From: an uncultured Candidatus Saccharibacteria bacterium | GTDB taxonomy: Bacteria > Patescibacteriota > Minisyncoccia > Phycocordibacterales > JACOZG01 | Reading direction: 5' to 3' | Assembly: GCA_964448295.1 (NCBI GenBank) | Contig: CAYUVV010000001.1 | Coordinates: 144,065 to 208,064, forward strand | Length of the DNA: 64,000 nt | In this document: positions 19,716 through 29,346 of the stretch, in pieces | Position numbering within the stretch: position 1 is the first letter of the stretch | Layout of the letters: each line of letters opens with the position of its first letter | Notes under the pieces: model-generated | Database searches by the model: none | Told to the model about the DNA's origin: nothing | What the model saw: the letters and a program-made list of their open reading frames with translations, nothing else | Translations under genes and position numbers: made by a program

Positions 19716-21866
19716 ATGGCAACTCGTGGAGAAATGTTTAATCGAGTAATTAAAAAGCGAAAAGACGCTGAAGATTTAATCTTGTGCATGGAAGATGCTG
19801 TCAATAAGCTTTTACAAAAAGAAACCTCGTCACAAAATCCGGGAATACTACTTGGAAAAATTCAAAGCGGAAAGACGCGGGCATTTATTGGAATAATGGC
19901 CCTTTCGTTTGATAACGGATATGACGCGGCCATTATTCTCACAAAAGGCACAAAGGCATTACTAAAACAAACTGTGCAACGCATGGAGGGAGATTTCGCA
20001 GATTTTATACAGGAAGACAAGGCAGACGTTTTTGACGTTATGGTGATGCCAGACAATCTTACTGCGTATGAAAGAAATAAAAAGCTCATTATCATCGTGA
20101 AAAAAGAGGTGAATAATATGAAAAGAATTTTAGAGAAATTAGCCAGCGTATACCCCGATCTTCGCGAGAAAAAAATTCTGATAGTTGATGATGAGGCAGA
20201 TTACGCGAGTATCAGCTTCCGCAAGCACGCAGAGGCAATAGAAGTTGGCCGCATATCATCTCAAATTGATGAGTTGAGAAGCATTGTTAAAAAAGTAGAT
20301 TATCTTCAAGTTACAGCAACTCCATATTCGCTTTATCTTCAGCCAAGCATGGTCGAGGATAGAGTTGAATTCTTGCCAAAACGGCCAGCATTCACGGTTT
20401 TACTACCAAAGCACAGTGATTATATCGGTGGCGAATTCTATTTTAATGAAAGTGAGGATGAAAACTCCATTGCGCACTTTATTTTCGAGGAAGTTCCCGC
20501 TGATGAAAGAGATGTGCTGAAAGAACCTGATGCACGCCGATTAAAATTGGATGATGTTGTTTCGTCTAGTAAAATAAATGTTTTGAGAAAAGCGGTCGTA
20601 AATTTTTTGGTCGGCGCGATCATTAGACGCAAACAACAAATAGATAGCGGAGAACCCCAGCAGAAATATGCCTTTATTGCACATAGCGAAATTCACCGGA
20701 ATTCGCATGGATGGCAACTTGAAATAATCCGTGCCTTAATAGCCGAGCTAGCGAAAATAGCAAAGGATAGTCCACAGTCCTTAGATTCTCTCATTGAAGA
20801 ATCATATGAGGATATGAAAAAGTCCGTAGGTAAAATTGATTCCCTAAAAATGCCGGCAAAAGAAGAAGTGAGGGGTGGAGTAATAAAATCTCTACTGGAA
20901 GAGCACATAATGATAACAACGGTAAATTCTGATAAAGAAGTGGAGGAATTGTTGGATGATAAAGGACAGCTAAAATTGCGTAACCCAATGAATATTTTTA
21001 TTGGCGGACAGATTTTAGATCGCGGTGTTACAGTAAATAACTTAATTGGATTTTATTATGGTAGAAAACCAAAAAGATTTCAGCAGGACACAGTTTTACA
21101 ACACGCAAGGATGTATGGCGCGCGGCCACGTACCGATTTGGCCGTAACTCGTTTCTATACAACGAGGGACATTTATGAGGTTATGAGACGTATTCATGAG
21201 TTCGATTCCGCACTAAGGGAAGCGTTTGAAAAGGGAGACCATTCCAACGGAGTGTATTTCATACGAAAAGACGTTACTGGACGACTCGTCCCTTGTTCTC
21301 CAAACAAGCTTTTGCTTTCCTCTCTCGCAACATTACGACCGCATAAAAGATTGCTCCCAATTGGCTTTCAAACAGGATACAAAACAAATATCGGAGATGT
21401 TGTTGGACAAGTTGATTCAATTATTGACGAGTGGTTTTCCGGAAAAGATGAAAATGAGCCGGTACTTGTTGAGCTTAGTGATTGCATGAAAGTCGTTGAT
21501 TTAATTTCCAAGACACTTGAGCTCGACGAGTCCTATTCGTTCAACTGGAAAACTTTCAAAGCAAGTTTAGAACACCTATCTTTGCACTCTCGAAATAATT
21601 CAGAAACCGGGAAAGTATGGATTTTGATAAGGAAATCAAGAAATACAAAAAGGATTAGAGAGGGTGGGCGTATTGAAAATGCTCCGGATACTCCACAACG
21701 TGAAGGTGTTATTGCTAAGAGAGTTTCGATTGATACCCCTGTGCTTATGTTACTCCGCCAAAATGGCACAAAAGATGATGGGTGGAGAGATGCAGAGTTT
21801 TGGTGGCCTGTGCTGATGACACCACAAAATACAGAGGTTACTGTTTTTGCCGAGGAAACAGTATAA
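19716..21866 (+). CDS. SF2-like P-loop ATPase, Z1-domain-like protein (fourth gene of R-M operon)
   Basis: Walker A GKIQSGKT, Walker B ILIVDDEAD, 716 aa; starts 4 bp after the REase stop. Confidence 0.45.
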   Translation: MATRGEMFNRVIKKRKDAEDLILCMEDAVNKLLQKETSSQNPGILLGKIQSGKTRAFIGIMALSFDNGYDAAIILTKGTKALLKQTVQRMEGDFADFIQEDKADVFDVMVMPDNLTAYERNKKLIIIVKKEVNNMKRILEKLASVYPDLREKKILIVDDEADYASISFRKHAEAIEVGRISSQIDELRSIVKKVDYLQVTATPYSLYLQPSMVEDRVEFLPKRPAFTVLLPKHSDYIGGEFYFNESEDENSIAHFIFEEVPADERDVLKEPDARRLKLDDVVSSSKINVLRKAVVNFLVGAIIRRKQQIDSGEPQQKYAFIAHSEIHRNSHGWQLEIIRALIAELAKIAKDSPQSLDSLIEESYEDMKKSVGKIDSLKMPAKEEVRGGVIKSLLEEHIMITTVNSDKEVEELLDDKGQLKLRNPMNIFIGGQILDRGVTVNNLIGFYYGRKPKRFQQDTVLQHARMYGARPRTDLAVTRFYTTRDIYEVMRRIHEFDSALREAFEKGDHSNGVYFIRKDVTGRLVPCSPNKLLLSSLATLRPHKRLLPIGFQTGYKTNIGDVVGQVDSIIDEWFSGKDENEPVLVELSDCMKVVDLISKTLELDESYSFNWKTFKASLEHLSLHSRNNSETGKVWILIRKSRNTKRIREGGRIENAPDTPQREGVIAKRVSIDTPVLMLLRQNGTKDDGWRDAEFWWPVLMTPQNTEVTVFAEETV

Positions 21867-21871
21867 TATAG

Positions 21872-21958
21872 CAATGCCGCCGCCAAAAATTCCGTCCGTC
21901 CAAGCGAGGGCGTGGCGGAAGGAGGGGGTTGGGGGGAGGAATTCCGCGCCGTCCGAGC
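21872..21958 (-). repeat. Structured ~85-bp repeat, copy 2 (inverted relative to copy 1; 6 bp after the stop of the Z1-like gene)
   Basis: Reverse complement aligns with copy 1 over its whole length, with poly-C tract variation. Confidence 0.8.
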
Positions 21959-22186
21959 ACCGCATTGAACCCGCCACATTGCCTGAATACTTGGAGGGCA
22001 GAACCCCGAAAGAAAACACCCTTTCCCTTTTCAGAAAAAATTTCATCCCAGCCAAATCAGAAAAGCAAGGAGTGTTTTTTTCGGGGTTGCCGCCGAGTCC
22101 GCGAGGCGGTGTCAGCGGGTTAGTCAGTATTTTGTTGGAAGTAAGTCCGAACTTTTTGGTATAATGACCATAATCACGATAATTAA

Positions 22187-22747
22187 ATGAAGCCGCAGAA
22201 GCGTTGCGCTTGGGTAACGACTGATCCGCTCTATATTAAATATCACGACGAGGAGTGGGGTGTGCCAACGCGGGATGATCGAAAAATGTTTGAATTTTTA
22301 GTGCTGGAGAGCGCGCAGGCTGGCCTCTCCTGGCTGACGGTTTTACGCAAGCGGGAGAATTATCGTCGGGCTTTTGCTGATTTTGACCCGCGGGCGGTGG
22401 CCCAGTTTGGCGCGCGCGATGTCGCGCGTTTGCTTAAAAATCCCGGCCTGATTCGTAATCGGCAAAAAATTACGGCCGCGATTAACAACGCTCGCCATTT
22501 TTTAGAAGTGCAAAAAGAGTTTGGCTCGTTTTCTGAATATCTCTGGAATTTTGTGGGCAATCGGATTGAACGACATACTGTTCGCCATCTGCAGGATTAT
22601 CCGAAATTTACACCCGCAGCCGAAATGTTGGCCAAAGATTTAAAAAAACGCAGTTTTCGATTTCTTGGTCCCACCATCATTTACGCCCATATGCAGGCCG
22701 TGGGGATGGTCAATGATCATATGATTGGTTGCTTTCGTCGGCTATAA
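22187..22747 (+). CDS. tag: DNA-3-methyladenine glycosylase I
   Basis: Near-colinear with E. coli Tag: YHDEEWGVP...LSWLTVLRKRENYR...VNDHMIGC. Confidence 0.9.
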   Translation: MKPQKRCAWVTTDPLYIKYHDEEWGVPTRDDRKMFEFLVLESAQAGLSWLTVLRKRENYRRAFADFDPRAVAQFGARDVARLLKNPGLIRNRQKITAAINNARHFLEVQKEFGSFSEYLWNFVGNRIERHTVRHLQDYPKFTPAAEMLAKDLKKRSFRFLGPTIIYAHMQAVGMVNDHMIGCFRRL

Positions 22748-24563
22748 TTGTCTTGTGGAAGGTCCAAAATGGCACCGTCTGAGCGTGGCGGAAACGGCGC
22801 GACGCTTGCAAACTGATGTCTTGCGCGGGCTCGACGACCAAGCGGTTCTGGAGCGTAGACGTCTGACGTCGGGCATTCACGCGGCAAATTTTTTCTCGAC
22901 GACTGTTCAGATTTTGCGGGCAGAACTTGTTCGACCACCACTAATTTCTCTTGGTCTGGGTGTTTTGTTTGCCGCTTTTCTCCGCCATTGGCCGGCGTTT
23001 TTTGTTGGTTTGGTTCTGTTTGGCGCGGTTTTCGGCCTCGGTTGGTGGGGGAGAGTGGTTTGGTCGAAGATTCGGCAAATATCGAAGCGCGAACGGCAGG
23101 CTTCAGTCACCGTTATTCGTGGAGGCGAACGGCGGCAAATTCCTCCGGGCGAGTTGGTTGCGGGCGATCTTTTATTGCTTTCAGCTGGAGAAGTGGCGCC
23201 CGGTGAGGCACGAATTGTCTCGGCTCATTCTTTGAAGATATTTTTTGATGGTCGAACGGAACAAGCGCTTGTTTCGGCTGTGTCGACGTCGTCAGAGCCG
23301 CCGCGGAATATGTTGATGACGGGGGCGGCTGTGATTTCTGGCTCTGGTCAAGCGTTGATGGTGGCAGAAGCGGTGCGTGTTTGCCCGCCTGGTGTTGGTA
23401 ACGAGGGTTTGATTACTCCTCGAGGGCGACGTTACGCCGAACTGGCGATTTTGGCAAACGGCCTCTCTGTCTTGCTCTTGATTATTCTTTTTTTAGTTGG
23501 TTGGGGGACGGTTTGGTTGGTCCCGTTGGTGTTGGTTTTTCCGGCGGCGCTAGTACCCGCCTGGACGGCGATTCTCGTCTATTTGGCTAAGGTCATTACC
23601 CGGGAGGGCGGTTTGATAAACCAGTTGGCTGTGATTGAAAATTTAAGCCGCGTCCAAACATTAATTTTGGGGCGTGGTGGTTTGCAGGCCAATGAAGAAT
23701 TGTCGGTTGATTTGATTGTTCCGCGGAGCGATGCGGTGGGTGATCGAGAAGATGTGCTCTGGATGGGAATTATGACCGCAGAAGCTTGGTCGGACTCGCC
23801 CTTTACGACGTGGAGCAGGGTGGCTACGGTCCACGGCCGGCCAGTGGAGCGCGCCCTTATTCGTGCTGGTCTCGTAATCAAAATGTCGCCGGAGCGAATT
23901 TTTCCTCAAACTCCGCGTGTAGATTTTTTACCGTTTGATTCCGAACGTGGTTTTGCCGCCTCTCTCCACTGGGACCGCGCGGCCGAACGCCACTTTGTTT
24001 ATTTTGCCGGTACCCCAGAATTGCTTTTGGCGCGGGCTAAGTTTTTTTATCGGTCCGGTGCGCTAAGCCCGATGACGGTTGCAGATCAGGATTTTTTCTT
24101 GGCCGCAATCAAGCAGGGAACCGAGCGCGGGGTGAACTTTCTGGCCACGGGATTCGCGGTCGGCCGCGGCCCACGTTTATCAGCCGCTGAACCAATTAGT
24201 GACGAGTTGGTGTTTGGGGGCTTGATTGGCTTAACCGGAACGATGGTCGGAGAGAAAACTACGGTATCGGCTCCGGTTGCCGGAACAAACGAATTAAAAA
24301 TGATTGTAGTTAGCTCCCGTCTAGCCGACAAACTTTCAGCTCTAGTGGATTGTCGTCAGAAAAAAGAATCAGCGGCGATCATCGGCGCTCTTCCTCCCGA
24401 CTTATTATTGTTTAATCAAGCGGATTTGAGTTTGGCACCCGCCGATGCGCCCCCCGCCCTGCGGCAGGCGGCGCATCTTGTTTTACCCGGCCGCCTAAAC
24501 GCGTCTGATGTTTTGAACCGGTGGCACCTGTTAACGGCGCGATACCTACAAAAATTTCTCTAA
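22725..24563 (+). CDS. P-type ATPase-like protein, degenerate (lacks DKTGT and TGES)
   Basis: Cation_ATPase_N-like start, 2 TM, actuator-like VIRGGERRQIPPGELVAGDLLLL, 2 TM. Where ICSDKTGTLT is expected it reads LILGRGGLQ. No C-terminal TM bundle. Confidence 0.5.
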   Translation: MVAFVGYNCLVEGPKWHRLSVAETARRLQTDVLRGLDDQAVLERRRLTSGIHAANFFSTTVQILRAELVRPPLISLGLGVLFAAFLRHWPAFFVGLVLFGAVFGLGWWGRVVWSKIRQISKRERQASVTVIRGGERRQIPPGELVAGDLLLLSAGEVAPGEARIVSAHSLKIFFDGRTEQALVSAVSTSSEPPRNMLMTGAAVISGSGQALMVAEAVRVCPPGVGNEGLITPRGRRYAELAILANGLSVLLLIILFLVGWGTVWLVPLVLVFPAALVPAWTAILVYLAKVITREGGLINQLAVIENLSRVQTLILGRGGLQANEELSVDLIVPRSDAVGDREDVLWMGIMTAEAWSDSPFTTWSRVATVHGRPVERALIRAGLVIKMSPERIFPQTPRVDFLPFDSERGFAASLHWDRAAERHFVYFAGTPELLLARAKFFYRSGALSPMTVADQDFFLAAIKQGTERGVNFLATGFAVGRGPRLSAAEPISDELVFGGLIGLTGTMVGEKTTVSAPVAGTNELKMIVVSSRLADKLSALVDCRQKKESAAIIGALPPDLLLFNQADLSLAPADAPPALRQAAHLVLPGRLNASDVLNRWHLLTARYLQKFL

Positions 24564-24570
24564 ACTTGCT

Positions 24571-25635
24571 ATGCTCAACCCGATGCCTGAAGGCGTTTGG
24601 ATTTTAGCGGGGATTTTAGCCGGCGCCGCCGTCGCTTGGTTTATTCGACGCCACCAAACCCCCAACACCAACCCCAATTCTGATAGCTTGTTGTTGCTAC
24701 AGAATCAATTGCAGGAACTTATCAAGACTGTGGATGACAAACTGGGTCATTCCGGCAGAGAGATGATGCAGGCCATTCGGCACCAGTTTGGCGAGTCTCA
24801 AAAATTGATTCGCGATATTACGCAGGAAGTGACGAAGGTCGAACAATCAAGTCGCCAATTTCTTACCGTTGCGGACTCTCTGCAAAATTTGGAAAAAGTT
24901 TTGAAGCACCAAAAACAACGAGGCAATTTGGGCGAAGCCGGTCTGGAACTGATTTTGGGGAACATTTTGTCGCCCGCCCAGTTTAAAATGCAGTATCGTT
25001 TTCAAAACGGCGAGACGGTTGATGCGGTAATTTCAACCAAGGACGGCCTGATTCCGGTTGACGCCAAATTTTCTCTCGATAATTATAATCGGTTGGTTAG
25101 CGAGTCCGATGAGACTCGACGCCTGGTGTTAGAAAAAGAGTTTAAAAATGATTTGAAAAAAAGAATTGACGAGACTGCAAAATACATTCGGCCGGAAGAG
25201 GGGACTCTGCCCTTCGCTTTTATGTTTATTCCCGCGGAGGGGATTTATTATGATTTGCTGGTCAGCGAAACCGGCTCGGTGAAGGTTAATACACGCAATT
25301 TAATTGATTATGCCTATCGCGATAAAAATGTGATTATTGTGTCGCCAACCACCTTCTCAGCCTACCTGCAATCAGTGCTTTACGGTTTTCGGGCCTTTAA
25401 AATTGAAGAACGAGCCAAAGAGATTAGGCAAAGGGTCGGGGAATTGGGTAAACACCTCGCCGCCTACGATCACTTTATGCAAAAATTGGGCAATACTTTG
25501 GGCACCTCTGTTTCGCATTATAATGCCGCCTATAAAGAATTAAAGAAAATTGATCGTGACGTCGTGCGAATTGCCGATGCGCCAGCGAGCATCGAACCGC
25601 TCCAGTTAGAAAAACCGGTAGTGGACAAGGACTAG
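24571..25635 (+). CDS. rmuC: DNA recombination protein RmuC family
   Basis: N-terminal TM, coiled coil, conserved RGNLGEAGLELIL and C-terminal nuclease-like region. Confidence 0.6.
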   Translation: MLNPMPEGVWILAGILAGAAVAWFIRRHQTPNTNPNSDSLLLLQNQLQELIKTVDDKLGHSGREMMQAIRHQFGESQKLIRDITQEVTKVEQSSRQFLTVADSLQNLEKVLKHQKQRGNLGEAGLELILGNILSPAQFKMQYRFQNGETVDAVISTKDGLIPVDAKFSLDNYNRLVSESDETRRLVLEKEFKNDLKKRIDETAKYIRPEEGTLPFAFMFIPAEGIYYDLLVSETGSVKVNTRNLIDYAYRDKNVIIVSPTTFSAYLQSVLYGFRAFKIEERAKEIRQRVGELGKHLAAYDHFMQKLGNTLGTSVSHYNAAYKELKKIDRDVVRIADAPASIEPLQLEKPVVDKD

Positions 25636-25794
25636 CCCTTTTTTGCTAGAATATAACCATGGATAAAGAAGGAAAAATTTTTGGACTAGCGGAGTCAGAA
25701 GCAATGGCCGTCCTCCTCGTCTTGGCCGCTGTCTTTTTGGCTCAGGCCTTGATTTTTTAGAACCCTAGTATATAATGGTCGCCAATTCTAATTT

Positions 25795-26103
25795 ATGGTG
25801 GCTTTAGCGGTGGTCAGAACTGGCGGCAAACAGTATCTAATGAAAACTGGGGATGTTTTGCGGGTGGAAAAATTACCCGCCGAAAAAGCAGTTGTTTTTC
25901 AAGATGTTTTACTGATGACCGACGAAAACGGCCGAGTAGTTTTGGGTAAACCTTATTTGGCGGGAATGGCGATCGAAGCCAAAACCGAGCACACCGGTCA
26001 CCGTCCTAAGGTGCTAGTTATTAAATTTAAAGCCAAAACTCGTTACCGCGTTAAACGCGGGCACCGCCAACCCTATAGCCAAGTGAAAGTTGGCAAAATA
26101 TAA
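25795..26103 (+). CDS. rplU: 50S ribosomal protein L21
   Basis: AVVRTGGKQY...; 102 aa. Confidence 0.85.
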   Translation: MVALAVVRTGGKQYLMKTGDVLRVEKLPAEKAVVFQDVLLMTDENGRVVLGKPYLAGMAIEAKTEHTGHRPKVLVIKFKAKTRYRVKRGHRQPYSQVKVGKI

Positions 26104-26116
26104 AATTCCGGTTCCA

Positions 26117-26749
26117 TCAAGCCGCACCCTCGCGGTGCCGGATCGCCTGCCTAAGAGTTTCCTTGTCGGAATATTCTAACTCTGTTCCAGTCGAGAGGCC
26201 CCGTCCGAGCACAGTTATTTTGGGGATTGATTTAAACGATAATTGACGTAAAAAATCTTGCAGATACTCGGTCGTATGGTCGCCATCAGGTGAAGCCGAT
26301 AGGGCGATGATAATCTCGGTAAACGAACCGGTTTTTAGTCGTTCGGCTAGATGGGTGAGACGTGGCGTTAACGTCTTTTCTTGACCCGGGCGCAGAGACG
26401 GCACGAGAAAGCCGAGAACGAAGAACTGTCCTCGGTAAGCGCCGGAGCGTTGGATGTTGTCGAGATCCGCTTCTTTTTCTACCACCATTAGGGTGGTTTG
26501 ATCATGGTGGTGATCAGCGCACCAAGCGCAAATGGTTATCGGCTTAGAATTTTCCTTACTGATGGAAAAAAATCGCCCGCACTGAGAGCATTCTCCGGTT
26601 TTTTGCTTGATTGTTTGCAGTTCCGTAGCCAGCTTGGTCGCGAGGCCGTTATTTTGCCGGAGAAGAAAATAGACGAAACGCTGGGCTTGCCGTGGTCCGA
26701 TACCCGGCAGAAGTTGAAATAGGCCGATTAAACGCTCCAAGCTGTCCAT
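26117..26749 (-). CDS. recR: Recombination protein RecR
   Basis: HhH LPGIGPRQAQR, C4 zinc finger CSQCGRF...CAWC, Toprim. Confidence 0.9.
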   Translation of the reverse strand: MDSLERLIGLFQLLPGIGPRQAQRFVYFLLRQNNGLATKLATELQTIKQKTGECSQCGRFFSISKENSKPITICAWCADHHHDQTTLMVVEKEADLDNIQRSGAYRGQFFVLGFLVPSLRPGQEKTLTPRLTHLAERLKTGSFTEIIIALSASPDGDHTTEYLQDFLRQLSFKSIPKITVLGRGLSTGTELEYSDKETLRQAIRHREGAA

Positions 26750-26754
26750 TTTTG

Positions 26755-28113
26755 CTAAAAGCCTCCAAAATCTTCTTTGGCTAGTTCTTGGAAGCAGACG
26801 CGATCTTCATCAAAATAAAGCTCAATCTTGCCGGTCGGGCCGTTACGGTGCTTCTCAATTAGAATTTCCGCGATGTTTTTGCGTTCCGAGGCCTCATTGT
26901 ATTTATCTTCCCGGTGGATGAACATCACTACGTCGGCATCTTGTTCAATCGAGCCCGAATCGCGTAAGTCAGACAAACGTGGTCGACCGCCTCGTTGTTC
27001 CACTGAGCGATTCAGTTGGGAGAGAGCCAAGACCGGAACATCAAGTTCGCGCGCCAATCCTTTTAGAGAGCGGGAGATCTCGGTAACTTGTTGGACGAGA
27101 GAGTCGCTATCGCGACGAGGGACCATCAGTTGTAAATAGTCCACCACGATCAAGCCCAAACCGTGTTCGCTTTTCAAACGGCGAGCGACTGATTTCATTT
27201 TGGTAATATTGTTTGATGGCTCGTCGTCAATAAAAATTGGCGACTGCGATAAAACATCGAGGGCGTCGCGAATCTTCGAGAATTCTTCATCATCGCTAAT
27301 CCGGCCAGTGCGTAATTTCCAAGAATCAACAAAACTTTCCGCGGCAATTAGCCGATCTACCAACTGTTGGGCGCTCATTTCCAAAGAAAAAATACCAACC
27401 GGAATTTTGTGCGTACCGGCCACGCGGCGGGCGATGTCAAGGGCTAGCGCGGTTTTGCCCATTGAGGGTCTGGCGGCCAGAATGATCAAATCCGAAGGTT
27501 GCAGACCGGCTAGTTTATTATCAAGACCGTTAAAACCGGTCGGCACTCCCCTCAGACCGTCTTTGTTTTTATGAATCCGCTCAAAACGTTCCCAAGCCGT
27601 TGCCAGACTATCTTTGAGGGTGGTGAAGGTGCGTCGTGAAATATTCGCCAAACCGAAAATCAATTTTTCGGCTTGATCAATAACCTGTTCCACCTCTGCG
27701 GTTTCCTCGTAGCCCAGATCGGAGATTTGGTTGGCAGACTGGATGAGTCGTCGTCGAGCTGATTTCTTGGTAACAAGGTCGGCGTAGTGGCTAATGTTGC
27801 TAGCCGAAGGAACTTCGGCTGTCAAGCCGGCCAGATAGCTTCGTCCTCCGGCCGCGTCGAGTTTTTTCTTTTCTTTGAGAAGAGCTGTAAGGGTAATCAA
27901 ATCGATTGGCTCATGACGATCAAACAGATCAAGCGCAGCGCGATAAATTTCTTCATGCCGAGGCGAATAAAAATCCTCCGGCCGGACGCGGTCGGCCACT
28001 TCGTTTAGACCTTCCGGTTTGAGCATTAGCGAGCCGAGGAAGGCGCGCTCGGCTTCCAAATCTTGGGGTGGAATCCTCTGGTGAGCGTTTTCCATATTTA
28101 CCGATTTTAGCAC
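26755..28113 (-). CDS. dnaB: Replicative DNA helicase
   Basis: DnaB N-terminal domain, Walker A ARPSMGKTALALD, 452 aa. Confidence 0.9.
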   Translation of the reverse strand: MLKSVNMENAHQRIPPQDLEAERAFLGSLMLKPEGLNEVADRVRPEDFYSPRHEEIYRAALDLFDRHEPIDLITLTALLKEKKKLDAAGGRSYLAGLTAEVPSASNISHYADLVTKKSARRRLIQSANQISDLGYEETAEVEQVIDQAEKLIFGLANISRRTFTTLKDSLATAWERFERIHKNKDGLRGVPTGFNGLDNKLAGLQPSDLIILAARPSMGKTALALDIARRVAGTHKIPVGIFSLEMSAQQLVDRLIAAESFVDSWKLRTGRISDDEEFSKIRDALDVLSQSPIFIDDEPSNNITKMKSVARRLKSEHGLGLIVVDYLQLMVPRRDSDSLVQQVTEISRSLKGLARELDVPVLALSQLNRSVEQRGGRPRLSDLRDSGSIEQDADVVMFIHREDKYNEASERKNIAEILIEKHRNGPTGKIELYFDEDRVCFQELAKEDFGGF

Positions 28114-28192
28114 AAGATAGGTCTAGCGTAAGCTTTATGCCCAGCCTTTTTTATGCTTTAATTTTCTTGCTTTTCGGGCGTGGAATAAGAAA

Positions 28193-29317
28193 ATGAATCA
28201 GCCAGCAATTGCTGTTCGCAATTTTTTCAGCCAAGCGTTTTATCGCGGGTTGCTAAAGCCGGGCCTATTTATTTTTGATCCAGAAAATGTGCACGATTGC
28301 GCCAAAAGTTTTGGGAAAAAATTAGGACGCTACCGCTTAACTCGTTATCTAACACGGGCTGCTTGGGGTGCGCCTACCGATGGCCGATTGACTCAGATTA
28401 TTGACGGGATTACTTTTCCTAATCCGATCGGTTTGGCCGCTGGTTTCGATAAAAACGCCGAGCTTGTGTCTATTTTGCCATCCTTCGGTTTTGGGTTTAT
28501 GGAAGTCGGTTCGATTACTGGTCAACCCTGCGCCGGCAATCCACGCCCGCGTCTGTGGCGCTTACCCCGCTCCCAAGGGCTCGTTGTTTATTACGGTTTG
28601 GCCAATGAGGGAGTTTCCGTGATCAGCCAACGTCTGGCTGGGCGGGAATTTTCCATCCCGCTCGGAACGAATGTGGCGATGACCAACTGCCAAGCTAATT
28701 TGGATTTAGCGGCGGCGGTTGCCGATTATCGTTTCGCTTTTGAGCAATTAACGGTACGGGGTCAATATTTTACTGTCAACATCAGTTGCCCCAACGCTCG
28801 TGGCGGCCAACCGTTTTCGGAGCCAGACAATCTCGACCGTCTGTTATCCGCGCTTGATCGGGTGCCGACCGCCAAACCGGTGTGGATAAAATTATCACCC
28901 GATTTAAATCCTCGAGAGACCGATGGATTGCTTGCGGTTTTGAAACATCATCGTGTGCACGGGGTGGTCTGTAGCAATCTCACGAAATCTCGCCACAATC
29001 CGCGGCTACGAGAACGCCATGTTCCGGAGTGGGGAGGAATCAGTGGCCGACCGGTGCGCGGTTTGGCTGATCACCAGCTGGCTAGGGTCTATCGACGAGT
29101 GGGGCAAGAATTAACGATCGTTGGTGTCGGCGGCATTAGCTCGGCCGTTGATGCTTACCGTAAAATTCGCCTAGGCGCTTCTTTGGTGCAGGTTTTAACC
29201 GGCTTGATTTATCGCGGCCCTCAGTTGGTGAGCGAGATTAATCGTCGTTTGCTTGGTTATCTGGAGCGTGATGGTTTGCGCACGATCAGTGAGGCGGTGG
29301 GCATTGATAATTGCTAA
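28193..29317 (+). CDS. pyrD: Dihydroorotate dehydrogenase (quinone), class 2
   Basis: GLAAGFDKN, FGFMEVGSIT, 374 aa. Confidence 0.85.
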   Translation: MNQPAIAVRNFFSQAFYRGLLKPGLFIFDPENVHDCAKSFGKKLGRYRLTRYLTRAAWGAPTDGRLTQIIDGITFPNPIGLAAGFDKNAELVSILPSFGFGFMEVGSITGQPCAGNPRPRLWRLPRSQGLVVYYGLANEGVSVISQRLAGREFSIPLGTNVAMTNCQANLDLAAAVADYRFAFEQLTVRGQYFTVNISCPNARGGQPFSEPDNLDRLLSALDRVPTAKPVWIKLSPDLNPRETDGLLAVLKHHRVHGVVCSNLTKSRHNPRLRERHVPEWGGISGRPVRGLADHQLARVYRRVGQELTIVGVGGISSAVDAYRKIRLGASLVQVLTGLIYRGPQLVSEINRRLLGYLERDGLRTISEAVGIDNC

Positions 29318-29346
29318 AGTTCAAGCAATCTGCCAGAATATAAAGG

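Noticed and set aside
21959-21990. A partial tRNA-Ala 3'-half copy (rc GCAATGTGGCGGGTTCAATGCGG) next to repeat copy 2, as an att duplication
   Set aside because: Only a 9-nt exact match (GCAATGTGG) plus a loose T-arm resemblance. The orientation is inverted relative to the tRNA and the acceptor segment is missing, so it is compatible with chance.
21533-22164. ORFs 21533-21979(-), 21750-22055(-), 21847-22164(+), 21929-22123(+)
   Set aside because: They read through repeat copy 2 and the GC-rich spacer. Pro/Gly/Arg-rich translations are typical of spurious frames in a G/C-rich repeat.
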